Shown: positions 14,300-22,822 of the stretch, piece by piece
How positions within the stretch are numbered: position 1 is the stretch's first letter
How the letters are laid out: every line of letters starts with the position of its first letter
Origin: an archaeon
GTDB taxonomy: Archaea; Asgardarchaeota; Thorarchaeia; Thorarchaeales; Thorarchaeaceae
Direction of reading: 5' to 3'
DNA length: 32,000 bases
NCBI GenBank assembly: GCA_024275415.1
Contig: JAJRZD010000085.1
Location: forward strand, 1,727-33,726
Program-made: the position numbers and the translations under genes
The notes under the pieces: generated by a model
Database searches by the model: none
The model's input: the letters and a program-made list of their open reading frames with translations, nothing else
Told to the model about the DNA's origin: nothing

Positions 14300-16965
14300 T
14301 TGTAATGCATCCTCTCTTGGCCTTTGCCTTTAGAGGTCGTCACAAGACAATACGTATCCTTCTCATAGCTGTGCTTTTGTCTGTGCCTATAGTGACACTT
14401 ACGTCATCTGACTATCTGACTCTTTCAACACTTCGAGATATTGAGAATGATATGTTGTTGGTTGTACAAGTTTCACATACCGATTTGAACTTGTTTCTAT
14501 CGTCGCTAGAGAGTCTACAGCAGAACACCGACCTCCGGAATGTCAGCGCTTTAAGCTTCACATTTCTTCATGACACTTGGCTTGTCGCCCCAGAAGGTGC
14601 GACAGGTACAACTATTGCCCTAATCGGGCTGGAGAATTGGATCAGTCCAGATGATGTGGTCGCAACTGACTCGTATACGGCAAGGCAATTGAATCTGAAA
14701 CTTGGTGACAAGGTGAATCTCACAGATACAGAGAACAAGTTCAACAAAACCTATACATTAACGACTGCTCCTGAACTAACCGAGTATCAAAACGCACTCA
14801 TTACTGAATTAGAACAATCCTCGCTTTTAACAGGAGAATCTTTTGGATCCCGCTTGTACGGGTCGCTTCCGTTTCTCTATTCTGAATCGCTCGACATTTT
14901 GACAAAGATTGAACTTTATCCAATGGTTTCTGTGAATTTGGTAGTCTTTGCTTATCTGCGACAAGGAATCACCACTGGGACGTTCTCACAAATCAGTGAT
15001 AATGTAAACTCGATTGTTGAATACGTGACTACCTCTTTGTCTGGCGTCGGAAACGTGAAAACTCTCAGGGATCCACGTTCTCGATTGGAGTCGGTTCGCC
15101 TTGCTTATGATCAACTAGAATGGAGTCTCCAGACAATAACTCTCCCAAGTATTGCCGGCTGCATGGTGTTTCTTTTCGTCGCTGCATGGATTCACTTTGA
15201 GGGGATTGCAACAGAGCGTCATCGTTTGGCTGCACGAGGCGTTTCAAAAGAGCAGTTTGTTGCTGCCAATTTGCTAGAATCAGCAGTTATCGGAGGTTTG
15301 GGAGGGCTGCTCAGCATCCCGGCTGGTGCGTTCCTCTCAATGATCGCATTTGGATTCTCTCCCACAGAATGGATCACTTGGTCTGATATTTTGTGGCAGA
15401 ATCCAAGTTTCACAATAGGAATCACAGTCATCCTATCTGTAACCATCTCCCTGATTGCAGCTTACGAAGCACTCAAGTCATTAGATGTCACACGAAAGGC
15501 GGTTTTGAAGACTACCTCGGGAATCATCGGTATTTTAGTCCTGCTTGCTGTGTTTACCGATATAACTCTCGGGTTTCCAAGTTTGCTTTTTGTACGTAGT
15601 TTGAGTTCAGGTATTGACAATCTGACGGCTGACTTTGTTATCAACGCACTTGCATTACTCGAACTAGTTATGTTCGTGTTAACACCAGTTCTGGCACCAC
15701 TTTTCGTTTCTCGTGCTTATCCGAGCTGGAATCGGCCATTTCGAAAAGTTGTGTCCAAGCTTCTAAAAGTGGATGTTCTCGTTACAAAATCCGTAACGGC
15801 TAAGAAGACTCGTCGTTTTCGTTTTGTGTTCTTGGCGATGATCATCGCTTTTATTCTAAGTGCACCAATCCTTGCATATTCTGCACATGAGTCAATGAAG
15901 AGCGCAGACCAACGTCTTGTTATCGGGGGCGACCTCAAGGTCACACTCTATGGGCTCAATACAACATTCTCTAGCAGGAATTTAACCTCGGCACTATCTT
16001 CTATTGAGGGAATCTCAACGGTAGCGTGGGCTGGTGAGCTACAAGTGCTGGCTGGTTTTGCCCGTCCTCTCCTCGAAAGTTCCTCGCTACTCGTTGTGTC
16101 GGATGAGTACTTTCAATTGAACATGGTACGAGAATACTTTTCCGAAGTCCCCCCATCTGCAATCTTGAGCGAATCGTTGGCTAAGACAGTCGAGAGTCCT
16201 TCAAGTGTTTTTGTTGAGATTTCAAATAATGTTGCAGCTCTCAACGTATCAGGTTTCTTCCAGTTTGCACCAGGTTTTCACCATTCACCACTTCAGTTTC
16301 AAAAACTCGACAATGCTGTCCTAATGACCTTAGCCTATTATGAAACTCAGTTGGGCACTCTTAACACCTCTACCTCGCAGTTGGTTGTTGATGTCCAAGA
16401 TGGCTATCGCTTCAACGAAGTGACTGCCCAAGTATTCAGTCTACTGAACACAACCATAGGCGACCCGAGTAGATTCTCAATCACGACATTTAGTAGTGAT
16501 GCTCTCCTTGGTGTTGAGTACCGGATTGCAATTGCCGCACAAGCATTTCTAGTTCTTGTGGGAACTATAGCATTAGGTTTCGTGATAAGTCTGGATGTCC
16601 GTAATCTTAAGCCTGAAGCCACAACACTTTGGCTTCGCGGAGCCTCACACAGGCAAGTTATCATAGGGATTCTCATCGAAGAGGTCGGAGTTCTCATACC
16701 AACTTTCTTCTTTGGACTTCTCACCAGTTTCAGCTACTACTATGGATTGTCCATCGTATTCCTGCTCCTGCTCGATTCCTCAATAACAAGATTGCCACAG
16801 GGCTATATCATTCCAATCCCCATGGTTCTTGTTGTGATACTGCTCTTTCTATTCATCACATTGGCAATTACAACATTGATAGAGGTAAAACGCTGGAGTA
16901 CAGTTCAATATAGTCGGGATGTTGAGGTCTTAGCCTATCGAGATGCTGACAGAACACGGTCATGA
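14296..16965 (+). CDS. Second FtsX/MacB-like ABC permease with two FtsX modules
   Basis: Same architecture as 10898..13606, with motifs ERHRLAARGVS and EATTLWLRGAS and shared GGDLKV/GSDMQI and FAPGF segments. 4-nt overlap with the ATPase stop. Confidence 0.85.
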   Translation: MIVMHPLLAFAFRGRHKTIRILLIAVLLSVPIVTLTSSDYLTLSTLRDIENDMLLVVQVSHTDLNLFLSSLESLQQNTDLRNVSALSFTFLHDTWLVAPEGATGTTIALIGLENWISPDDVVATDSYTARQLNLKLGDKVNLTDTENKFNKTYTLTTAPELTEYQNALITELEQSSLLTGESFGSRLYGSLPFLYSESLDILTKIELYPMVSVNLVVFAYLRQGITTGTFSQISDNVNSIVEYVTTSLSGVGNVKTLRDPRSRLESVRLAYDQLEWSLQTITLPSIAGCMVFLFVAAWIHFEGIATERHRLAARGVSKEQFVAANLLESAVIGGLGGLLSIPAGAFLSMIAFGFSPTEWITWSDILWQNPSFTIGITVILSVTISLIAAYEALKSLDVTRKAVLKTTSGIIGILVLLAVFTDITLGFPSLLFVRSLSSGIDNLTADFVINALALLELVMFVLTPVLAPLFVSRAYPSWNRPFRKVVSKLLKVDVLVTKSVTAKKTRRFRFVFLAMIIAFILSAPILAYSAHESMKSADQRLVIGGDLKVTLYGLNTTFSSRNLTSALSSIEGISTVAWAGELQVLAGFARPLLESSSLLVVSDEYFQLNMVREYFSEVPPSAILSESLAKTVESPSSVFVEISNNVAALNVSGFFQFAPGFHHSPLQFQKLDNAVLMTLAYYETQLGTLNTSTSQLVVDVQDGYRFNEVTAQVFSLLNTTIGDPSRFSITTFSSDALLGVEYRIAIAAQAFLVLVGTIALGFVISLDVRNLKPEATTLWLRGASHRQVIIGILIEEVGVLIPTFFFGLLTSFSYYYGLSIVFLLLLDSSITRLPQGYIIPIPMVLVVILLFLFITLAITTLIEVKRWSTVQYSRDVEVLAYRDADRTRS

Positions 16966-17133
16966 AACTGCCGGTGTTCCCTTCACTGATCTCCCTGCTT
17001 GGTTTCTGTCCAAAAATGCAGGAATTCAGAGGCAAAGTAACCAAGGCATAATATACAAGCATTATGATTCGTCATACAATGAGATCAAAACGCAACATTA
17101 GGATTATCCCGAGGTGTGTTAAGAGGTGATTTA

Positions 17134-17298
17134 TTGGACAGAACTCCTTGCTTGAACCACTTTCTTAAGATTAACAAAGATGACATCGGAATCGATTTCT
17201 ACTGCCAAAAGGTTGGCGAATCTTATTCAGTTCGGGGCCCACAAAGAATCATCATCACAAATGTGGAAAACGATAGTGGATTAGTGAGTAACAATTAA
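17134..17298 (+). CDS. Small hypothetical protein (54 aa)
   Basis: TTG start 3 nt after a near-perfect RBS GAGGTGAT (17123-17130). Fills an otherwise empty 390-nt gap in the same orientation as its neighbours. Confidence 0.45.
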   Translation: MDRTPCLNHFLKINKDDIGIDFYCQKVGESYSVRGPQRIIITNVENDSGLVSNN

Positions 17299-17353
17299 TT
17301 AGAGGAGTGGCGACCTAGAGGATAGAGTCCCGTAGATAATCGGAGGCGCAATA

Positions 17354-18004
17354 TTGTTTGAGATGATTCAGGAGCCTGACCGCGGTTCATCAATCTCTAA
17401 GGTGCTTGTACATGTACTGGTTCCAGGCGAACCAGATGCTGAAAGCAAAGATGGACTGTCTGAGCGAGGAAGGAGTCAAGTATTTGAGCTTGCCCGATCA
17501 CGACTACTGGCCGCCCCTGCTAAGATATATTCGTCAAAGTCCAAGGATTGTGTGACTACTGCGGATATACTTGTGAAAGAGCTATTCTCCTCCTTATCCA
17601 TTCGAGATTGTCTAGATGAAGTCGACCTGGATGCGAAGGCACTCGATGATGCATTCCTTCGAAATGAAATGCCTAAAATCTGGGATGATTTTGACTATTC
17701 ATATGGTTCAGGCGAGAGTCTTCAAACAGGACGGGCGAGAATCTCATCGTGCATCAACGCTCTTGTGAAACTGCATCCCGACTCGACAATTGGAGTGGTT
17801 CTTCCTCCTATCGCTTCAGTACTTTTCTATCGACTCGTTGTAGGTGGCTCTCCTCAAATTGAGGACTGGCTCTACCTTGGTTTTGCCTCTTGTACTACCT
17901 ATGAATACTCGAAGAACGGCTGGACGCTCGTAATGCCCCCCGAAAATAGTTTTCTTACTGAGCCTTCAACAGTGATAGACATATTGCCATCAGGGATTTT
18001 CTAA
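17354..18004 (+). CDS. Histidine phosphatase (phosphoglycerate mutase) fold protein lacking catalytic residues
   Basis: Scaffold motifs GLSERGRSQ, KIYSS-x4-CVTTA, L-x-E, GESLQTGRARI are present; RHG is replaced by VPG. GGAGG RBS 7 nt before the TTG. Confidence 0.75.
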   Translation: MFEMIQEPDRGSSISKVLVHVLVPGEPDAESKDGLSERGRSQVFELARSRLLAAPAKIYSSKSKDCVTTADILVKELFSSLSIRDCLDEVDLDAKALDDAFLRNEMPKIWDDFDYSYGSGESLQTGRARISSCINALVKLHPDSTIGVVLPPIASVLFYRLVVGGSPQIEDWLYLGFASCTTYEYSKNGWTLVMPPENSFLTEPSTVIDILPSGIF

Positions 18005-18009
18005 TTCTG

Positions 18010-18042
18010 AAAAAAAAAGAAAGAGGGAGGGAAGTCCTCCCT
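18010..18042 (-). terminator. Hairpin plus poly-T terminator of the large surface-protein gene
   Basis: Minus strand AGGGAGG-ACTTC-CCTCCCT followed by CTTTCTTTTTTTTT, starting 10 nt after the stop at 18053. Confidence 0.75.
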
Positions 18043-18052
18043 TGACATTAAA

Positions 18053-21000
18053 CTACCGTCGCCGTCTGATAAGGACACACGCAATGACAACGACCACAAG
18101 TACACCGGCAACCATGACCATTAGACCTGCGTTTCCGCCGCCACCTGTTGGGATGCTGCCGGTACCAGTGTCAGTACCTGTGATGGTGCCAGTTGTGGTC
18201 GTATCAGTCGTACCTAATGGTGTCTGCTGGGCACTCGTGTACGACACGAACACTGGGTCAACGCGAACCTCCTGACCACCCCAATGGGTGTAACCTGCTG
18301 TCATGAACAGCATGGAGGCGTCCACGTTCCATTGTGTGACAGACTCACCAGACTCAGATTCGTACATGACGCTGAATGCGCCGATGGGAACAGTAGATGA
18401 TCCAGAGGTATAGTTGGTGGAATATCCGTCGCCCGCCCATGTGTAGGGCATTCCGCCCATCGACACATTAGCGAAGGGACTGTCCTCAGCACCGAATTCA
18501 TAGTAGTCAGCCGTCAGGCTCTCACCATTGGTGTCAGTGACAGGCTGTTCTCCTGCAGTATATTCTGTCCGAGTTGCAGTGCCCAAGATGCCAAAGAAGT
18601 TCACTGCGAGCCCTCGGTCATCAAGAACCGAATCGTCGAACTCCTCTAGATCCCAGTCACCTATCTTCTGGTCAACCTTGAAAGCGACTGCATGGTTCCA
18701 TGTCTGCTCGTCCTCGGGGTCGTACTGAACCATGTCCACACTAAAGGTGATGTCGAATGCCATCTCAGTGATGTTGGCATGGGTGATCCAGTAGTCGAAG
18801 TTGGTCCTGTTCAGTCCCAACGCGCCCTCATAGGACTCGCGGAACGCCCAGGGCCCACGAAGGCCATCGGAGTTCTCGACCTGTAACGGATAGAGGGTCA
18901 CCGACACGTTGTAGATCGAGATACCAAATGTGACAGTGGTGTTCGCATCTACCGTGACATTGCCTGTGTCGTTGGTCGCACCGAATGGTCGTCGAAGCTC
19001 AAGCGATTCGATGTCATCAATCAGGACGACATGAGTGACCTCGTCCGTCTGGATCTCACCTTCCTCGATTTCAAAGTCTGGAGCTTGGTTCGGCTGTAGT
19101 GGACCGTTACCATCTGGATCGAGATCATTGAAGATGAGCATGCCAGCATACTCGGCCTGGAATCCTGCGTAGGTAGCACTTGTGGCACTTGTCGCGACAT
19201 TGAACCACTGGTTTGTGCCCCATGCGAACCATGAGGTCTTCCAGTAGTTGCTGTCGAGACCTGTGATTGCGCTAAGGTCGATGGTACGGTTCTTGGAGAG
19301 CCATGCTACCCAGAGGTATCCTGGTGCTGCGATCTCGTTGTCGTAATCCGCCCACATGGTTTCCTGAACATTTGCCATCTCTGACGAGTTCAGCTTGGAG
19401 AAGTCAGAGGCATGATACCAGTAGAAGGTCTCATTTGCCTTGAACTCGACCTCGAGTGTGGCGACGCCCATCCAGCTGTTAGAGTGGAACTCATCGCCAT
19501 CCTCACCTGGGGATGGGTCGAACAGGACTCCTACCCACATACCTTCGACAGTCGTGTTGCCCCAGCTGTCAAAGTAGCCTGTACGCTTGACAAAGTACTG
19601 GTCTTCAGTGGTGAACACATTGCCATCAAGATCGATAGCACCGTCCTCAGTGACTGTCCACTTCTGTGGATCCCACATTGAAAGGTTGCCAATGATTAGA
19701 TGTGCGGGGCTCCATATCATCTGATTTGAATCAAACTCTTGGAATGTTGAGCCAGATACATCTGGATTTGTGAAATTCATTGTATTCGGATACATGACGA
19801 AGTTGTTCAGTCCTGCTTGCGAGATGTTTAACTGCCATGCCTGACGAACACCTGAAACCATCCGAACTTCGTCTATCTTCATTGCAGGCGTGTCATTTGC
19901 GAATTTGATGTCGAAATTCAATGCCAATTCATTGTTCCCAATTGAGAAGTTGTGATTTAGAATGATAATAAAGTCATCAATCTCATTTAGGGTGTAGCTG
20001 ATGAATGTGCCATTGAACCAGTACATCCATTCTTCCACACTAGAATTGACGTATGATAGGTCATTCTTCATATCTAAAGTGATGTTCTGTTCGGCACGAA
20101 CACGCCATCGATGGGTCTCGTTGTTCATAATTCCCTCGGAAGAGAAGGATAAGGTAATGTTGTCTCTGATAGTCGTTACATTGACACCCGCGATGTCATA
20201 TAACGTGCCATCAACATCAACATTTGTCCAATTCAATGGAATATAGACAGTTCCGTTGATTTCCTCTGTTGGCGCATGGACAATCAAAGACATATTGAGG
20301 ATATCGCCAGGGTCAGCCCGTCGAACCACCTCGCCATTCATCCGCACAAATCCTTCCATGAAGGCGTCTTTGAATCCAAGCCTCACGGTGTGATGAAGAT
20401 CAATCTCTGGACGAGCATAAAGGGGTTCACTGTTCGTGTCGTTAACCGCCCATAACCAGGGCTCTCCCTTTATGGTTCCACCGCTCTTCATTTGATCTGG
20501 GTTCATATCCGTGAAATTAGTATATTGCCCAGTCCAAGAGATGAGTGCACCTGAATGTTTGACATTGACATCAGTTGAAATATAGAACTTTGTCAAGTCA
20601 ACTGTTTCATTAACTTGAAAGTCTATCGTAGGAACCCATTGCATGATCTGTGTGTTCCAACTCCAAGATACATCTTGCATGTAACTCACAGTGGCATATG
20701 CATTTGTTCCATTGTACACAAACGTTAGCAGCGGCCACGCCTCAGTAACAGGCGTCCAGCCAGTGAGGAATCTTCGATAGTCATTAGGCATCGCATAGGA
20801 TACACTTTGCTTATACTTCGGGTCAAATGTGATGTATGAGAATGGAACCTTCACTTCACCAAACTCGACGTTGGCAGAGATCTGGAATGTGAAATTATCA
20901 TAGGCATCCACATAGTGAAGGATGTTACCATCGTTGTCGATCACCTCGGCATAATAGCGTTCTGGCAATGCAAAGTGACCTACATTCACCTCTTTCCCAA

Positions 21001-21661
21001 GACCTATGGGTGGGGTTTCAAATGTGCCTGACTGAAGCCTTGCTAGCCATGAGGGGGTCACTGGTCGTCCTTCTTGGTCGATGGCTTTCATCCCTGTCCA
21101 GAATATCCCTGTTCCAATATCAGCAATGAAAACAATGTTGAATGAAACAAAGTATTCGTCCTCAGTTTCAGTGAACACGGAGTTTGCTTCGTTATGGGAC
21201 AAGAACTCTCCCGTGCTTGGCTGTTGACTACCGGGTTCGTATCGTACTGAGATTGCTTCCCATTCATCTCCAGTCACGTTATATCCGAGGCCAAAAGCTG
21301 AAACGGCATCAACACCTTGCATGTAACCCCAGAAACCAACACTGCTCATGTTATTTCCTACACCCATGAAGGCTTTTGGAACAGTGATGTTCACAAAGAG
21401 GCTCGTATTGACCTCGACTCGGAATCCATTCTCCTCGATAGAGGTCATGTTCTCGGCATATCCGACCCACACTGTTGGTTGTGGACCGAATATCCACTGC
21501 GAATTCTGATCATGTCTCTCGTGTTCGTTGAACTCATCGACCACCTGCCATGACACCTGAAGCTCGGGATCTGATGATGCTTGGGCAAGTGTAAGACCGT
21601 TCATGCTGAACACGCTCACGACCAGAATCGTGATTATTAGTAGCGTATTCTGTTTTTTCAT
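18053..21661 (-). CDS. Large secreted, C-terminally anchored surface (glyco)protein, 1202 aa
   Basis: Signal peptide MKKQNTLLIITILVVSVFS; acidic beta-rich body with many N-x-S/T sequons; Thr/Gly linker GTTDTTTTGTITGTDTGTG; TM LMVMVAGVLVVVVIACVLI followed by RRRR. GGAGGT RBS. Confidence 0.85.
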   Translation of the reverse strand: MKKQNTLLIITILVVSVFSMNGLTLAQASSDPELQVSWQVVDEFNEHERHDQNSQWIFGPQPTVWVGYAENMTSIEENGFRVEVNTSLFVNITVPKAFMGVGNNMSSVGFWGYMQGVDAVSAFGLGYNVTGDEWEAISVRYEPGSQQPSTGEFLSHNEANSVFTETEDEYFVSFNIVFIADIGTGIFWTGMKAIDQEGRPVTPSWLARLQSGTFETPPIGLGKEVNVGHFALPERYYAEVIDNDGNILHYVDAYDNFTFQISANVEFGEVKVPFSYITFDPKYKQSVSYAMPNDYRRFLTGWTPVTEAWPLLTFVYNGTNAYATVSYMQDVSWSWNTQIMQWVPTIDFQVNETVDLTKFYISTDVNVKHSGALISWTGQYTNFTDMNPDQMKSGGTIKGEPWLWAVNDTNSEPLYARPEIDLHHTVRLGFKDAFMEGFVRMNGEVVRRADPGDILNMSLIVHAPTEEINGTVYIPLNWTNVDVDGTLYDIAGVNVTTIRDNITLSFSSEGIMNNETHRWRVRAEQNITLDMKNDLSYVNSSVEEWMYWFNGTFISYTLNEIDDFIIILNHNFSIGNNELALNFDIKFANDTPAMKIDEVRMVSGVRQAWQLNISQAGLNNFVMYPNTMNFTNPDVSGSTFQEFDSNQMIWSPAHLIIGNLSMWDPQKWTVTEDGAIDLDGNVFTTEDQYFVKRTGYFDSWGNTTVEGMWVGVLFDPSPGEDGDEFHSNSWMGVATLEVEFKANETFYWYHASDFSKLNSSEMANVQETMWADYDNEIAAPGYLWVAWLSKNRTIDLSAITGLDSNYWKTSWFAWGTNQWFNVATSATSATYAGFQAEYAGMLIFNDLDPDGNGPLQPNQAPDFEIEEGEIQTDEVTHVVLIDDIESLELRRPFGATNDTGNVTVDANTTVTFGISIYNVSVTLYPLQVENSDGLRGPWAFRESYEGALGLNRTNFDYWITHANITEMAFDITFSVDMVQYDPEDEQTWNHAVAFKVDQKIGDWDLEEFDDSVLDDRGLAVNFFGILGTATRTEYTAGEQPVTDTNGESLTADYYEFGAEDSPFANVSMGGMPYTWAGDGYSTNYTSGSSTVPIGAFSVMYESESGESVTQWNVDASMLFMTAGYTHWGGQEVRVDPVFVSYTSAQQTPLGTTDTTTTGTITGTDTGTGSIPTGGGGNAGLMVMVAGVLVVVVIACVLIRRRR

Positions 21662-21810
21662 CGTTGTTTACCTCCAACGGATAGACGCAAGGAATTTCGT
21701 ATACCTTGTTGACTCCTTATTCCTACACGACAAAGTATCTATCATTGGTACAGTCCTCACGTCCGCTGATAGAAGAAACCGATTGACTGCACGAACACCA
21801 ATGACTATTT

Positions 21811-21820
21811 CATATTAAAG
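21811..21820 (-). promoter_or_regulatory. Putative TATA box for the surface-protein gene
   Basis: Minus strand CTTTAATATG about 150 nt upstream of ATG 21661. Confidence 0.35.
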
Positions 21821-21855
21821 GGCGATGTATGAATCATCTAGAATAATCATCTGCA

Positions 21856-22821
21856 CTATTTTCGCGCAAAATAGACACCGTTGATGAATTCTAATTTACC
21901 TTCTCCGCGCTCTTGAAGGACTTTTACTAGGTCAAGGGTTTCCGCCAGCGCTAGGATAAGCTGGTTCGCATCATACTCGCCATAGAGCATACGAGAAAGA
22001 TCGTAGATTGAAATCGGGGTTGAAGACAGCACCTGTCTGACATGATGCATCTTCACATCGTAGTCTTTCAACAGGGTATCTATCCGTCCCTCAATGTTGG
22101 AGATCAACTTTCTGTGTCCCGGGAATGCCAAATATCCTGAGAGCCCTCTGACCTTCTCCAGCGAATCAAGATAGTTTAGAAGCGATATGCCCATGGCTCC
22201 CTCAAAATCGAGGCTTGGGTTTGACGATATGTCACCTAGGATATGGTCGCCTGTGAAGACAACGTGGGGCTCGTCAAGCACGTAACACAGGGAGCCAAGG
22301 GAATGTCCCGGGGTCCATATAACCCGCAGATGACCCTGACCTGTTTCGATCTTTTGCTCCTCCGTGGCATATTTGACTTCCTTAACGGACTCGCCGAACT
22401 TCATGAAATACTCGGTGAGGGTCTCACGAGGCCCTAACAGTCCATCAACAGGAGCCCCCGATTGAGTTGCGATCCTCTGATATGCTTGCACTCGGTCTAC
22501 AATATAATCCTCGTACTCGGTGAGTCGTTTGGCATCTCTTTCGTGTATCCAGACATCAACTGTGAAGTCGCTCTGGTCTACAATTGTTCTGACGAGACCT
22601 ATGTGATCCACATGACCGTGGGTAATACATATCTGTTCTATATCGCTGATGGACTGACCTACCTCTCTAAGCCCATTTTCCAGTTGTTTCAATGCTATTG
22701 ATGATTTGACACCAGTGTCGATGAGGGTCAAGGGGGTTCCTTCTATCAGATAGCAGTTCACAGCGCCCACAGGGAATGGTGTCGGAACTTTGATCAGATG
22801 TATCTCTTGGATGTCCTGCAA
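21856..22821 (-). CDS. Metallo-beta-lactamase fold hydrolase with C-terminal winged helix
   Basis: THGHVDHIG, TPGHSLG, FTGDHIL, FPGH metal ligands; N-terminal PTPFPVGAVNCYLI. Start moved to TTG 22821 (AGGAG upstream, 1 nt after the GH133 stop), which removes a 125-nt overlap. Confidence 0.88.
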   Translation of the reverse strand: MQDIQEIHLIKVPTPFPVGAVNCYLIEGTPLTLIDTGVKSSIALKQLENGLREVGQSISDIEQICITHGHVDHIGLVRTIVDQSDFTVDVWIHERDAKRLTEYEDYIVDRVQAYQRIATQSGAPVDGLLGPRETLTEYFMKFGESVKEVKYATEEQKIETGQGHLRVIWTPGHSLGSLCYVLDEPHVVFTGDHILGDISSNPSLDFEGAMGISLLNYLDSLEKVRGLSGYLAFPGHRKLISNIEGRIDTLLKDYDVKMHHVRQVLSSTPISIYDLSRMLYGEYDANQLILALAETLDLVKVLQERGEGKLEFINGVYFARK

Positions 22822-22822
22822 C

